The notes: generated by a model not told the origin, from the sequence alone. DNA of 54,184 bases from Minisyncoccia bacterium (GCA_049699995.1 JBNAWD010000038.1:1-54184); one strand, 5' to 3'; shown: positions 8,471 to 17,176, counted from the first letter of the stretch. Made by a program: numbers and translations.

Positions 8471-9742
8471 CTATTCGCCGGCCTTAAAAATAGTAACAGC
8501 CGAGTGCATGCCATAACCGTGATTATGCTGAGCAGCAATTTTAGGGAAAGGTTTAATTTGTCTTGGTCCAGCCTCTCCCCTCATTTGTTTTACTATTTCG
8601 TAAACCTCAAATCCGGCCGAAGCCTCAAAGGCATGACCACCTCCGTGTCGACCACCAGAGACATTTAATGGCTTCTTCCCGTCAAAAGCAAATTCCCCAT
8701 CTAAAGCATATTTCCACGCCTGACCTTGAGGAACATAACCGGCAACCTCTGGAAGGATTAATTGATAAATCTGCATACAATCGTGAACATACAAATAATC
8801 CAAATCCTCCGGCTTGATATTAGCCATCTTATAGGCCTCCTCAAATGCTCTGATATCTGCTTCCCAATAAGTAGGATCGTCTTCATACCAAGGATAATTA
8901 CTTACGCACCAATGGAAACCAATAATATCAACTGGCATATTCTTTGAATATTTCTCTGGTTCAGCAGAAACAATATAAGCAGTAGCTCCATCGGCTGTGT
9001 TTAAGGCGCTAAACAATCTTGTTGGCCAGGCAAAGAATGGGTTTTTACTTGATTGCCAGTAATCTTCCACTGAACTAAATCCTTCTCTCTGGGCTTCTTC
9101 TTCAAGGGTCCCCCTTTCATATAAAATTGCTTTCGGATTAGTGGCGGAATGCTTTCGAACAGTTTGATTAATCGCCATCATTACTCTATCCATCTCTTCA
9201 AAAGACAAGCCATTCTTCTTCATATAACCCATCGTGGGAAAGGCGCCATAAGCAGAAGCAATATCGTAAAAATGATGATAGGCATAAACATGGTCAACTC
9301 CATAATCTGTCCATTCCCATAAAGTAGCCGCATCAATTGGCTGGCGATCTAAAGGAAAATTCTTTTTAGGAGCGGAGGATAAAATTTCACCAGCCACCAC
9401 CAAAACATTTCTATATTTTCCAGACATTACCATTTGCCAAGCAATGCCTAAACCAGTATTAGTGGTGGAACAAGCGGTATCAAAGTGAAAGCCACCCTTA
9501 AACCTTAAACCTAACCAATCTCCCAAAAGAGTGGAATGAGAGTAAATCTGGGAAGTATGAGAAAGCATATTGCCCACAATAAAAGCATCAATTTCATCGG
9601 GAGCAATCCCAGCGTCAGCCATTGCCTCAAAAGCAGCTTCCGCTACCATTTCCTGAAAAGTTTTATTTTTAAGTTCCGAGTTTTCCAACACACTTCCAAA
9701 TTTAGTTGAACCAACCCCAATAATAGAAGCTCTTTTTGCCAT
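8471..9742 (-). CDS. Thiolase-superfamily condensing enzyme, SCP-x/archaeal acetoacetyl-CoA thiolase-like
   Basis: The nucleophile context is FDTACSTTNTG and the C-terminal active-site region is NVSGGRHGGGHAFEASAG. The 423-aa gene is followed directly by the DUF35 gene, the usual pairing. Confidence 0.85.
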   Translation of the reverse strand: MAKRASIIGVGSTKFGSVLENSELKNKTFQEMVAEAAFEAMADAGIAPDEIDAFIVGNMLSHTSQIYSHSTLLGDWLGLRFKGGFHFDTACSTTNTGLGIAWQMVMSGKYRNVLVVAGEILSSAPKKNFPLDRQPIDAATLWEWTDYGVDHVYAYHHFYDIASAYGAFPTMGYMKKNGLSFEEMDRVMMAINQTVRKHSATNPKAILYERGTLEEEAQREGFSSVEDYWQSSKNPFFAWPTRLFSALNTADGATAYIVSAEPEKYSKNMPVDIIGFHWCVSNYPWYEDDPTYWEADIRAFEEAYKMANIKPEDLDYLYVHDCMQIYQLILPEVAGYVPQGQAWKYALDGEFAFDGKKPLNVSGGRHGGGHAFEASAGFEVYEIVKQMRGEAGPRQIKPFPKIAAQHNHGYGMHSAVTIFKAGE

Positions 9743-9797
9743 AGTTTTTATTTTATTATTTTTCTCGACTCTTTTTAATTTTTTTTAATTAAAAATT

Positions 9798-9820
9798 ATA
9801 GGGGCTCGACCAACCCCTAT
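9798..9820 (-). terminator. Hairpin after the SpeH-like gene (ATAGGGG-N9-CCCCTAT)
   Basis: A 7-bp stem overlaps the stop codon region and is followed on the minus strand by AATTTTT. A perfect TATAAT (9795-9800, minus) directly abuts it and may be the -10 box for the thiolase operon. Confidence 0.4.
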
Positions 9821-10191
9821 CTAATTAACACTCTCTTTTTGACTTTTTTTGCCTCAAAAAATTTTTTTGTAAATTCAACCGCCTTTTCTGCATCAAAGGT
9901 TTTGCAAGAGAACAAATTGATATAAGCCCGATGCCAAAGTTCAGAAAAATGGCCAGAAACCAAACTGGATTCGATTAACTGAACAAAAGAATAACCGGCA
10001 GCGTAATCCAAATGAAGAGCGAATCTTTCAACAATTGCTTTTTTATATTTTTTCACTTTTATCACCTGACAAATTTTATCTATATATTCTAAAATTGCTT
10101 TCTTTGAACAAATTTTTTCCGGATGGCAATCGTATAAATCCATTATCAGTTCCTGGCCAAATATTTTTTTATTTTCTTTCTTCGAACTCAT
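9817..10191 (-). CDS. S-adenosylmethionine decarboxylase-like pyruvoyl proenzyme (SpeH family, divergent)
   Basis: ELIMDLYDC and QLIESSLVSGHFSE align to the ...ESH.S.HTWPE self-cleavage region of class 1 AdoMetDC. The downstream Cys is present (LFSCKTF). The HTWPE motif is degenerate here (GHFSE). Confidence 0.6.
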   Translation of the reverse strand: MSSKKENKKIFGQELIMDLYDCHPEKICSKKAILEYIDKICQVIKVKKYKKAIVERFALHLDYAAGYSFVQLIESSLVSGHFSELWHRAYINLFSCKTFDAEKAVEFTKKFFEAKKVKKRVLIR

Positions 10192-10263
10192 CTTGAAAAT
10201 AATTATTTTAATTTTTTATTTTAATTTTAATTTTTTATTTTTTCGACCTTTTAATATTTTATT

Positions 10264-10722
10264 TTATTCTCCTGAATAACCAACCGGCAATAAAGATATT
10301 GGTCGCCAATCATCTGGGACTTTTAAAATTTCTTTTATTTTTTCTTCCTCAAAAGCTCCAACCCAGCAAGCTGATAAGCCTAAACTTACTGCCTCTAACC
10401 AAGCATAAGCGCAAGCAATAGTGGCATCCTGTAAAGAATAAAGATTTCTCCCTCTTTCGCCATAAACTTTTTCTGATTTTTCAGGTAAAGCAAAAAAGAC
10501 AAATACTACAGGCGCCTGAGAAATAAATCTTTGATTAAAGGAAACTTTTGATAATTTTTCTTTAAGGTCTTTTTCTTTGATTATTAACACCTCTCTCGCC
10601 TTTAAATTCCCAGCGGAAGGAGAAGATTCGATAACCTTTAGAATTTCCTCTATTTTTTCTTTTTCAATTTCCTCCTCTAAAAAATTTCTAACTGATTTTC
10701 TTTTTTTAAACAAAGGGTTCAT
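10264..10722 (-). CDS. Nitroreductase family protein
   Basis: FKKRKSVRNF is the N-terminal nitroreductase signature, and the protein ends in SACWVGAF...LPVGY. I prefer the start MNPLFKKRKS at 10722 over 10764. Confidence 0.8.
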   Translation of the reverse strand: MNPLFKKRKSVRNFLEEEIEKEKIEEILKVIESSPSAGNLKAREVLIIKEKDLKEKLSKVSFNQRFISQAPVVFVFFALPEKSEKVYGERGRNLYSLQDATIACAYAWLEAVSLGLSACWVGAFEEEKIKEILKVPDDWRPISLLPVGYSGE

Positions 10723-10821
10723 TAAAAAAATTATATCATTTAGAGATTGTAAAGTAAATGTCAAATATTTGACTTTTTTGAAAATTCCCTATAGATTTTA
10801 AGAAAATATTTCAAAAAAATT

Positions 10822-11700
10822 ATGATAGAAAAAATATCATTTTCTCCTCAAGAGCAATATCCTGAAAAAAATAACAAAGAGAAAATTAAAGAATTAGAGG
10901 GGTTTTTAAAAAAGTTAAGCGAACAATTAAGAAAGGAAGGATTACCAGTTGAAGATAATTGTCGCATTTCAGAAAAAGATTATATTTTTTCCGAAGAAAA
11001 TTTTAACAATAGAAAATATTTTCTTTCAAGGGAACAAGCAGAAGAACTATATTCTTTAAATAAAATTAAAGAAGATCAAGAAAAAATTTTAGAAAGAGAA
11101 AAAGAGTGGTTTCAAGAAGAAAACCAAGAAATAATTAAAGAAAAAAGGAAGAAAAAAGTCGGCGAGCAATTTGAAATGTTGAAAACAGCAATTTTAAACA
11201 AATTTTTAAATGATAAATTTTATATTATTAGAACCAATCTCTCTGATGATATCTTTAATAAAGTTGATAATGTTATCATTGAAAAAGAAACAGGAAAAAC
11301 AATTTGCGCTTTTGACGAAATTGGAGATATTAACAGCGAAAGGTTTTTGGAGAAAAAAGATAAAGTTTTATTAAAAAATAAAGAGGGAGTTAAATTAAAA
11401 TATGGATTAAAAATCCAAGAAGGAAAAATTTTTTTAGGAGAAGTAAAAAACCTACCAATTTTTTATTTAGCTTTTGATTTTAGACACTTTAATAAAGTCT
11501 TAAGTGAATTTCCTTCTGATTTCAAAGAAAAATCAGATTGCGAGAAAAGGGCTTTTGAATTTTTTACCACTCTAATTTTAAAAGAGGCAAGCGATCTTTA
11601 TAAAAAAAGGATAGAAATTAACCCGGAAGTATTAGAAAATATCGAACATTTTTCGAGGATATTAAAGAAATACCAATCTCCAAAAAAGAAAGAAAATTAA
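10822..11700 (+). CDS. Hypothetical protein (Lys/Glu-rich, no family recognised)
   Basis: It is a clean 292-aa ORF on the strand opposite its neighbours. I recognise no motif. Confidence 0.55.
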   Translation: MIEKISFSPQEQYPEKNNKEKIKELEGFLKKLSEQLRKEGLPVEDNCRISEKDYIFSEENFNNRKYFLSREQAEELYSLNKIKEDQEKILEREKEWFQEENQEIIKEKRKKKVGEQFEMLKTAILNKFLNDKFYIIRTNLSDDIFNKVDNVIIEKETGKTICAFDEIGDINSERFLEKKDKVLLKNKEGVKLKYGLKIQEGKIFLGEVKNLPIFYLAFDFRHFNKVLSEFPSDFKEKSDCEKRAFEFFTTLILKEASDLYKKRIEINPEVLENIEHFSRILKKYQSPKKKEN

Positions 11701-11702
11701 AT

Positions 11703-12032
11703 TTATTTTATTTTAGTTCCTATATCAATTTCTTTTTCCGGAACAATTAAAGATAAATTTTTGCCATCGAAAGCAGCCAAAAGCATACCTTGGCTTTCAT
11801 AACCAAAAATTTTTTTAGGTTTTAAATTAAAAACAAAAACTATTGATTTGCCTATTATTTCTTCCGGTTTTACATACTGCCCTATTCCAGCGATAATCTG
11901 ACGAGTTTCTGATTGAAAATCGACTTTTAATTTTAATAATTTTTCTGAACCCTCAATTCTTTCGGCAGAAATAACTTTTCCTACCCGAAGATCTATTTTT
12001 TCGAAATCCTCAAAAGAAATTAAATTTTCCAT
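11703..12032 (-). CDS. tRNA-binding domain protein (CsaA/EMAP-like)
   Basis: The motifs are FEKIDLRVGKVISAE, KLLKLKVDF, RQIIAGI and ESQGMLLAA. Confidence 0.85.
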   Translation of the reverse strand: MENLISFEDFEKIDLRVGKVISAERIEGSEKLLKLKVDFQSETRQIIAGIGQYVKPEEIIGKSIVFVFNLKPKKIFGYESQGMLLAAFDGKNLSLIVPEKEIDIGTKIK

Positions 12033-12083
12033 TTTTTTATTTTATTATTTATTTTATTATTTTTAATTTTTTTTAAAAAAATT

Positions 12084-12971
12084 TTATTTTTTCAAAAGAC
12101 GATAGAAAAATTGAAAATTTTTATCTACCGAAAACTGAATAGAACCATCTAAATCAGTCCGAAAAGTTTCAACTTGGAATTTTTCTAATTTTTCTAAAGT
12201 AGAAATGTGAGGATGAGAATAGTTGTTTTTACCAACTTCAATTATAGCAAAATTTGGCTGAAAAGTAGATAAAATTTCTTCGCTAGTGGCGTTTTTCGAG
12301 CCATGGTGGGCTACCTTCAAAATTCTATAGAGTGAATTTTTGTCTTCTAAATATTTAGTAATTTTTTCTTCTATCGTTTTATTAGTATCGCCTAAAAATA
12401 AAGCAGAAACTAAAGGATTTTTATAATAACAGATAATCGAATCTTGATTAAGATCTTTTGAGTTTAAAGTTTCTGGAGATAAAATTGTAATTTTCTGTTC
12501 AATTGACTGATCACCTAAATTAATTTTAATACCTTTAATTCCTTTGACTAAAAGAATATTTCTGTTCAATAAATCTTTCAAAAGACTTTGATATTCTTTG
12601 GAAGAATAATCGATGTTATTTAAAATTACCGCTCTTATTTTATAACTTTTTAAAACTTCAAATAACCCTCGATAATGATCAATATTCGGATGAGAAATAA
12701 TAACAATATCAATTGTTTTCTCAAAAAATGGCAAAAATTGATTAATTTGTTCTAAAACTTTTTTATCCGGACCAGCGTCAATTAAGACATTGCCCGCCTT
12801 GGTTTTTAACAATTCGCTGTCTCCTTGACCAACATTTAAAAAATTTATTTCAAAAAACGGCTGGCGATAAAAAGAAAAAACTAAAAGCCAGTTAAAAATA
12901 TTTAAAAAAATTAAAAGACAAATTATTTTCCAGAAAAAACGAGAAATTGTTTTAAGAAAAAGATTGTTCAT
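12084..12971 (-). CDS. comEC: ComEC/Rec2 C-terminal metallo-beta-lactamase domain protein (separate ORF)
   Basis: The motifs are FLNVGQGDSELL, LIDAGP, ISHPNIDHYRG and VAHHGS. It has an N-terminal TM segment, and its ATG overlaps the stop of the upstream ORF (ATGA at 12968-12971). Confidence 0.8.
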   Translation of the reverse strand: MNNLFLKTISRFFWKIICLLIFLNIFNWLLVFSFYRQPFFEINFLNVGQGDSELLKTKAGNVLIDAGPDKKVLEQINQFLPFFEKTIDIVIISHPNIDHYRGLFEVLKSYKIRAVILNNIDYSSKEYQSLLKDLLNRNILLVKGIKGIKINLGDQSIEQKITILSPETLNSKDLNQDSIICYYKNPLVSALFLGDTNKTIEEKITKYLEDKNSLYRILKVAHHGSKNATSEEILSTFQPNFAIIEVGKNNYSHPHISTLEKLEKFQVETFRTDLDGSIQFSVDKNFQFFYRLLKK

Positions 12972-14194
12972 TGAAAAAGTTTTTTAATTTTTAATTCATT
13001 TTTCTTTTTTAACCAGATATAAAAATATAAAACAAAAAAATAAAAGGCTAAAGAAATATATCGCCAGAATAAAGAAAAATCAATAGAGGCAAAAGGAAGC
13101 TGGGAGAAGGTATTAATAATGAAGAAGAAATAATTCAAAAGAATTTTTAAAAGCAAGACAAAAACTAAACCAAGATAAAAAGAAAAAGAAGAGAAAAAAA
13201 TAAAAGGAATAGAGAGGCCCATTATATAAGGAATTAATGGCAAAACCAAGAGATTAACCAAAGGCGAGACCAAAGAAAGATTGGAAAAATGATAAATCAC
13301 CAAAGGGAAGGTAGTCAAAAAGGAGGAAAAATTTAAGATAAGGACTTTCAAGAGGAATTTTTTTATTTTTAAAAAGAAACTTTCTTCGAGAAAGATCTCC
13401 TCTGATTGAGAAAATAAATTTTCAATTAAAGGAGCAAAATATAAAATACCAATGGTAGCCAAAAAAGAAAGCTGAAAACTAACATCAAAAATAAAAGAAG
13501 GATTATAAAAAAGCATTAAAATTAAAGTGGCTAAAAGCGCGTTGGAAGGATGATAAAAACGATAATTAAAAGAAGCGAGACTCGAGAAAAAAGCCATAAT
13601 TGCGGAACGAATCACCGAAGGAGTAAATTGGGCAGTAGCTACAAATATGAGATTGAAAAAAATAAGAATAGGAAAAAGCCAGCGAATATTTAAATTAAAA
13701 AATTCTTGAAGAAAAAATGATAAACCCTGATTTAAAAAAGAAAGATGAAAGCCGGAAACAGCCACCAAGTGAGCAAGACCAACTTTTTGAATTTTACTTT
13801 TTAGAGCCAAAGAAAGATTTCCTTTTGCCCCAAAAAGCAAACTAGTTAAAATTTCTTTTTCGTTTAAAGAAAAAAACTTTAAAAATTGATTATTGATAAA
13901 TTCCTTTAATTTCAAAGAAAAACTAATTAATGCCTCCGGATAAATATTTATATGAAAAGAATAAAAAGGTCGGCTGAATCCTAAAAAGTAAAAAATTAAA
14001 AAAAGATAAAAATAACCAGAAGAATTAAAAAATTCTTTAATCCTCTTTTTTGAAATCAGAACAAAAAGCAAAAAAACAAATAAAAACCAAAAACCAATTT
14101 TTAAGAAAAGGTAATAAGAAAAAATACCCAATAAAAAAGATATCCCGCTTTTTCTAAATATTTGGGCTGGCGTTAAAAGATTTTTATCCTTCAC
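12968..14194 (-). CDS. comEC: ComEC/Rec2 competence (membrane channel) domain protein
   Basis: The 408-aa polytopic membrane protein has the GLAHLVAVSGFHLSF motif of the competence domain. Confidence 0.8.
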   Translation of the reverse strand: MKDKNLLTPAQIFRKSGISFLLGIFSYYLFLKIGFWFLFVFLLFVLISKKRIKEFFNSSGYFYLFLIFYFLGFSRPFYSFHINIYPEALISFSLKLKEFINNQFLKFFSLNEKEILTSLLFGAKGNLSLALKSKIQKVGLAHLVAVSGFHLSFLNQGLSFFLQEFFNLNIRWLFPILIFFNLIFVATAQFTPSVIRSAIMAFFSSLASFNYRFYHPSNALLATLILMLFYNPSFIFDVSFQLSFLATIGILYFAPLIENLFSQSEEIFLEESFFLKIKKFLLKVLILNFSSFLTTFPLVIYHFSNLSLVSPLVNLLVLPLIPYIMGLSIPFIFFSSFSFYLGLVFVLLLKILLNYFFFIINTFSQLPFASIDFSLFWRYISLAFYFFVLYFYIWLKKKNELKIKKLFQ

Positions 14195-17166
14195 TCAATT
14201 TTTTTTAAACTAATTTTTGCTTTATAGGATTCAATTTGAACTTCCTTGAAAACAGAAGAAATTTCTTTGTCAAAAAGAATATCTTCTAAGAAACACTCTT
14301 TCATTAAATATTCTTTGTTTCTTTCCAATATCTCTTTTAAAGCGGAGTCGGCAATAACACCTAAAAAGATCTGGTCCCCCGGTTGCAATTTATTTTCTTG
14401 CCGGAAAGATTGAACCCTTCTTTTAAATTCCTTTAAAATCCCCTCTTCTTTCAATGATTCGTCGATTTCGAAATCAAAGGTTAATTCTTCCTGAATTTGG
14501 GGATCAAATCTTATTTCTTTGACATTAACTTCTTCTTTCAAAATTTCTAAATATTCTTTTTCTTCTTTCAAGCTTTGATTTTTTAAAATCAAAGCTCTGA
14601 GTGGCTGACGGACTTTGATTTTCTTTTCCTGCCTTAAAGCAAGAGCTAAACTCGCTAGATTTTTTATTTCCTCCATTTTTTTAATAATTTCCTGATTGAA
14701 ATATTCTTCTTCAACTAAAGGCCAATTTTCTAAATGGACACTTAACTTATTTTCTTCATTTCTTGCTTTCTGATATATAAATTCGGCAAAAAATGGACAA
14801 AAAGGAGCAAAAAGTATGGCGGTTTGGAAAATAACTTTTCTTAAAACTAACGATGAATTTTCCCATTTTTCTCTATCGTCTTTTTTTTGAAAAATATTTC
14901 GAGAACGTCTTAAATACCATCGGCTGATATTATCAATCAAATCATCCAAAATCCTTGTTGCCTCATTAACCTTATAATTATCCAATAAATAAGTTATTTC
15001 TTTTTTTGCCTTTTCTAAATAAGAAAGCATCCATAAATCCATTAAAGAAAGCTCTTCTCTTTTGATTTCTTTTTTCTCTTTGAATCCATAAAGTTGATAA
15101 AAAATTAAGACATTATAAAAAGTGTTAAAGATCCTATTGCGAAAATTTACTAAATCTTTTTCTGAAAATTTTTTATTTTCCGCTGAAGAATTAATAGCAT
15201 AAAAATACCACCTTAAGATATCTGATCCATATTTTTGAAATATCTCCTGTGGGACAACAACATTTCCTTTTGATTTTGACATTTTTTCTCCTTTCTCATC
15301 TAAAACTAATCCAACTACAATAACATTTTTATAAGCCGGTCCTAAACCTAATAAAGTGGAAATGGCAAGCAGGGTATAAAACCAACCCCGAGTTTGATCA
15401 ATTCCTTCGCAGATAAAATCAGCGGGGAAAGGAATCTTTTTAATTAATTCTTTTTCATCTTTTTCCTCCCAATCTTCTTCAGAAAATTGATCAAAAGGCC
15501 AATGCCAGGAAGCATAAGGCATTGAACCTGAATCAAACCAGCAATCCAAAACTTCTTCTTCTCTTTCCATTTCCGAATGGCATTTTTCACAAATCAATTT
15601 AATCCTATCAATATAAGGCCGATGAAGGTCTATTTCTCCTTTTTCATTTTTTAATAAATCTAAATTTCCTCCTTTTTCTTTCAGCTCTTTTAAAGAACCG
15701 ATAACTTCAATCTGGCCGCATTTTAAACATTTCCAAATAGAAAGAGGTGTCCCCCAATAACGGTTGCGAGAAAGAGCCCAGTCTTTTAAATCATTCAGCC
15801 ATTGCCCAAAACGACCGTTTTTAATATGGTCGGGTTCCCAGTTTATTTCTTGATTATTTTTTATTATCTCTTCTTTTAAAGAACTCATTTTAATAAACCA
15901 AGTCTTTTTGGCATAATAAATCAACGGAGAATGACACCGCCAACAAAAAGGATATTCATGAGTAGTTCCTTTTAAATCTCCTTTAAAAAGCAAACCTCTT
16001 TTTTCTAAATCTTTGAAAATAACTGGATCTAATTCTTTAAAGAAAAGGCCTTTAAATTCTTTTAAAGATTTCGGTTCGCCAGTAAAACAACCATTTTCAT
16101 CCATATTTAATAAAATTGGCAAATTTTCTTTTTTCCCTACCCCCAAATCTTCTTCACCAAAAGCAGGAGCTATATGAACTAATCCTGTCCCCTCTTCCGT
16201 GGAAACAAAATCTCCCTTTATCACTTCATAAATTTTTTTATTATTGATATCTTCCCATAAATACAAGGGAGAATATTTTTCCCCAATCAATTCTTCTCCT
16301 TTAATTTCTTCAATTATTTCAAAACCAGATGTCTCGGGAAAACGATAAGAAATAAGAATATCATTATCTTTTAAAACTAATTGATAATCTAAATCCTCTT
16401 TAATCGCAACAGCAGTATTAGCGGGTAAAGTCCAAGGGGTGGTAGTCCAAACCAAAAGAAAAATTTTCCCTTGATATTTATTTTTTAAATTAATCAATTT
16501 TTCATTTTTTGGTTGAGGAATTTCAAATTTTATATAAATAGAGGGGTCTTGTACCGTTTCATAACCTAAAGCCAATTCATGAGAAGATAAAGGAGTTCCG
16601 CAACGAGGGCAATAAGGCACTACCCGATAATCTTGATAAAGCAAACCTCTTTTATAAATTCTTTTAATAAGCCAAAAAATTGTTTCAATATAATTATTGT
16701 CGCAGGTAATATAAGGATTTTCTAAATCTATCCAATAAGCCATTCTTTTAGTAAATTGTTCCCACTCATTTTTATACCGCCACACAGATTCTTTTGCCTT
16801 TTGATTAAATTTCTCAATACCATATTTTTCAATTTCTGGTTTGTTTTTTAAACCTAGTTCTTTTTCTATCTGAATTTCAACTGGCAAACCATGAGTATCC
16901 CAGCCTGCTCTTCTTAAAACAAAAAATCCTCTCATTGTCTTATATCGACAAACCAAATCTTTATAAGCGCGAGCCAAAAAATGATGAATACCTGGTCGAC
17001 CATTGGCGGTGGGTGGTCCCTCAAAGAAAGTAAACTCTTTCTGACCTTTTGTTTGTTGAAGGCTCTGTTGAAAAATATTATTCTTTTCCCAAAAAGATAA
17101 AATCTCTTCTTCTTTTAGAGAAATTTCTTCTAAATAATTTTCTTTTTGCATATTTTCTTTTGACAT
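14191..17166 (-). CDS. ileS: Isoleucine--tRNA ligase
   Basis: It has the HIGH region PPTANGRPGIHH, KMSKSKGN and an editing-domain insert. It is 991 aa long. Confidence 0.97.
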   Translation of the reverse strand: MSKENMQKENYLEEISLKEEEILSFWEKNNIFQQSLQQTKGQKEFTFFEGPPTANGRPGIHHFLARAYKDLVCRYKTMRGFFVLRRAGWDTHGLPVEIQIEKELGLKNKPEIEKYGIEKFNQKAKESVWRYKNEWEQFTKRMAYWIDLENPYITCDNNYIETIFWLIKRIYKRGLLYQDYRVVPYCPRCGTPLSSHELALGYETVQDPSIYIKFEIPQPKNEKLINLKNKYQGKIFLLVWTTTPWTLPANTAVAIKEDLDYQLVLKDNDILISYRFPETSGFEIIEEIKGEELIGEKYSPLYLWEDINNKKIYEVIKGDFVSTEEGTGLVHIAPAFGEEDLGVGKKENLPILLNMDENGCFTGEPKSLKEFKGLFFKELDPVIFKDLEKRGLLFKGDLKGTTHEYPFCWRCHSPLIYYAKKTWFIKMSSLKEEIIKNNQEINWEPDHIKNGRFGQWLNDLKDWALSRNRYWGTPLSIWKCLKCGQIEVIGSLKELKEKGGNLDLLKNEKGEIDLHRPYIDRIKLICEKCHSEMEREEEVLDCWFDSGSMPYASWHWPFDQFSEEDWEEKDEKELIKKIPFPADFICEGIDQTRGWFYTLLAISTLLGLGPAYKNVIVVGLVLDEKGEKMSKSKGNVVVPQEIFQKYGSDILRWYFYAINSSAENKKFSEKDLVNFRNRIFNTFYNVLIFYQLYGFKEKKEIKREELSLMDLWMLSYLEKAKKEITYLLDNYKVNEATRILDDLIDNISRWYLRRSRNIFQKKDDREKWENSSLVLRKVIFQTAILFAPFCPFFAEFIYQKARNEENKLSVHLENWPLVEEEYFNQEIIKKMEEIKNLASLALALRQEKKIKVRQPLRALILKNQSLKEEKEYLEILKEEVNVKEIRFDPQIQEELTFDFEIDESLKEEGILKEFKRRVQSFRQENKLQPGDQIFLGVIADSALKEILERNKEYLMKECFLEDILFDKEISSVFKEVQIESYKAKISLKKIE

Positions 17167-17176
17167 ATTTTATTTA

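Noticed and set aside
8446-8538. The N-terminal extension of the DUF35 ORF (the track start at 8538) and the similar extensions of dnaE (38901-38969) and the nitroreductase (10723-10764).
   Set aside because: The extensions overlap the upstream gene or add non-conserved residues before canonical N-termini (MEPIAKKWY, MYFTHLHTHSH, MNPLFKKRKSVRNF). I preferred the internal Met starts.
7912-8947. Four plus-strand ORFs (7912-8259, 8261-8668, 8563-8817, 8762-8947) opposite the ACP, DUF35 and thiolase genes.
   Set aside because: All lie antisense to genes with clear family motifs. Their translations are Phe/Leu/Ile/Asn-rich with no motifs.
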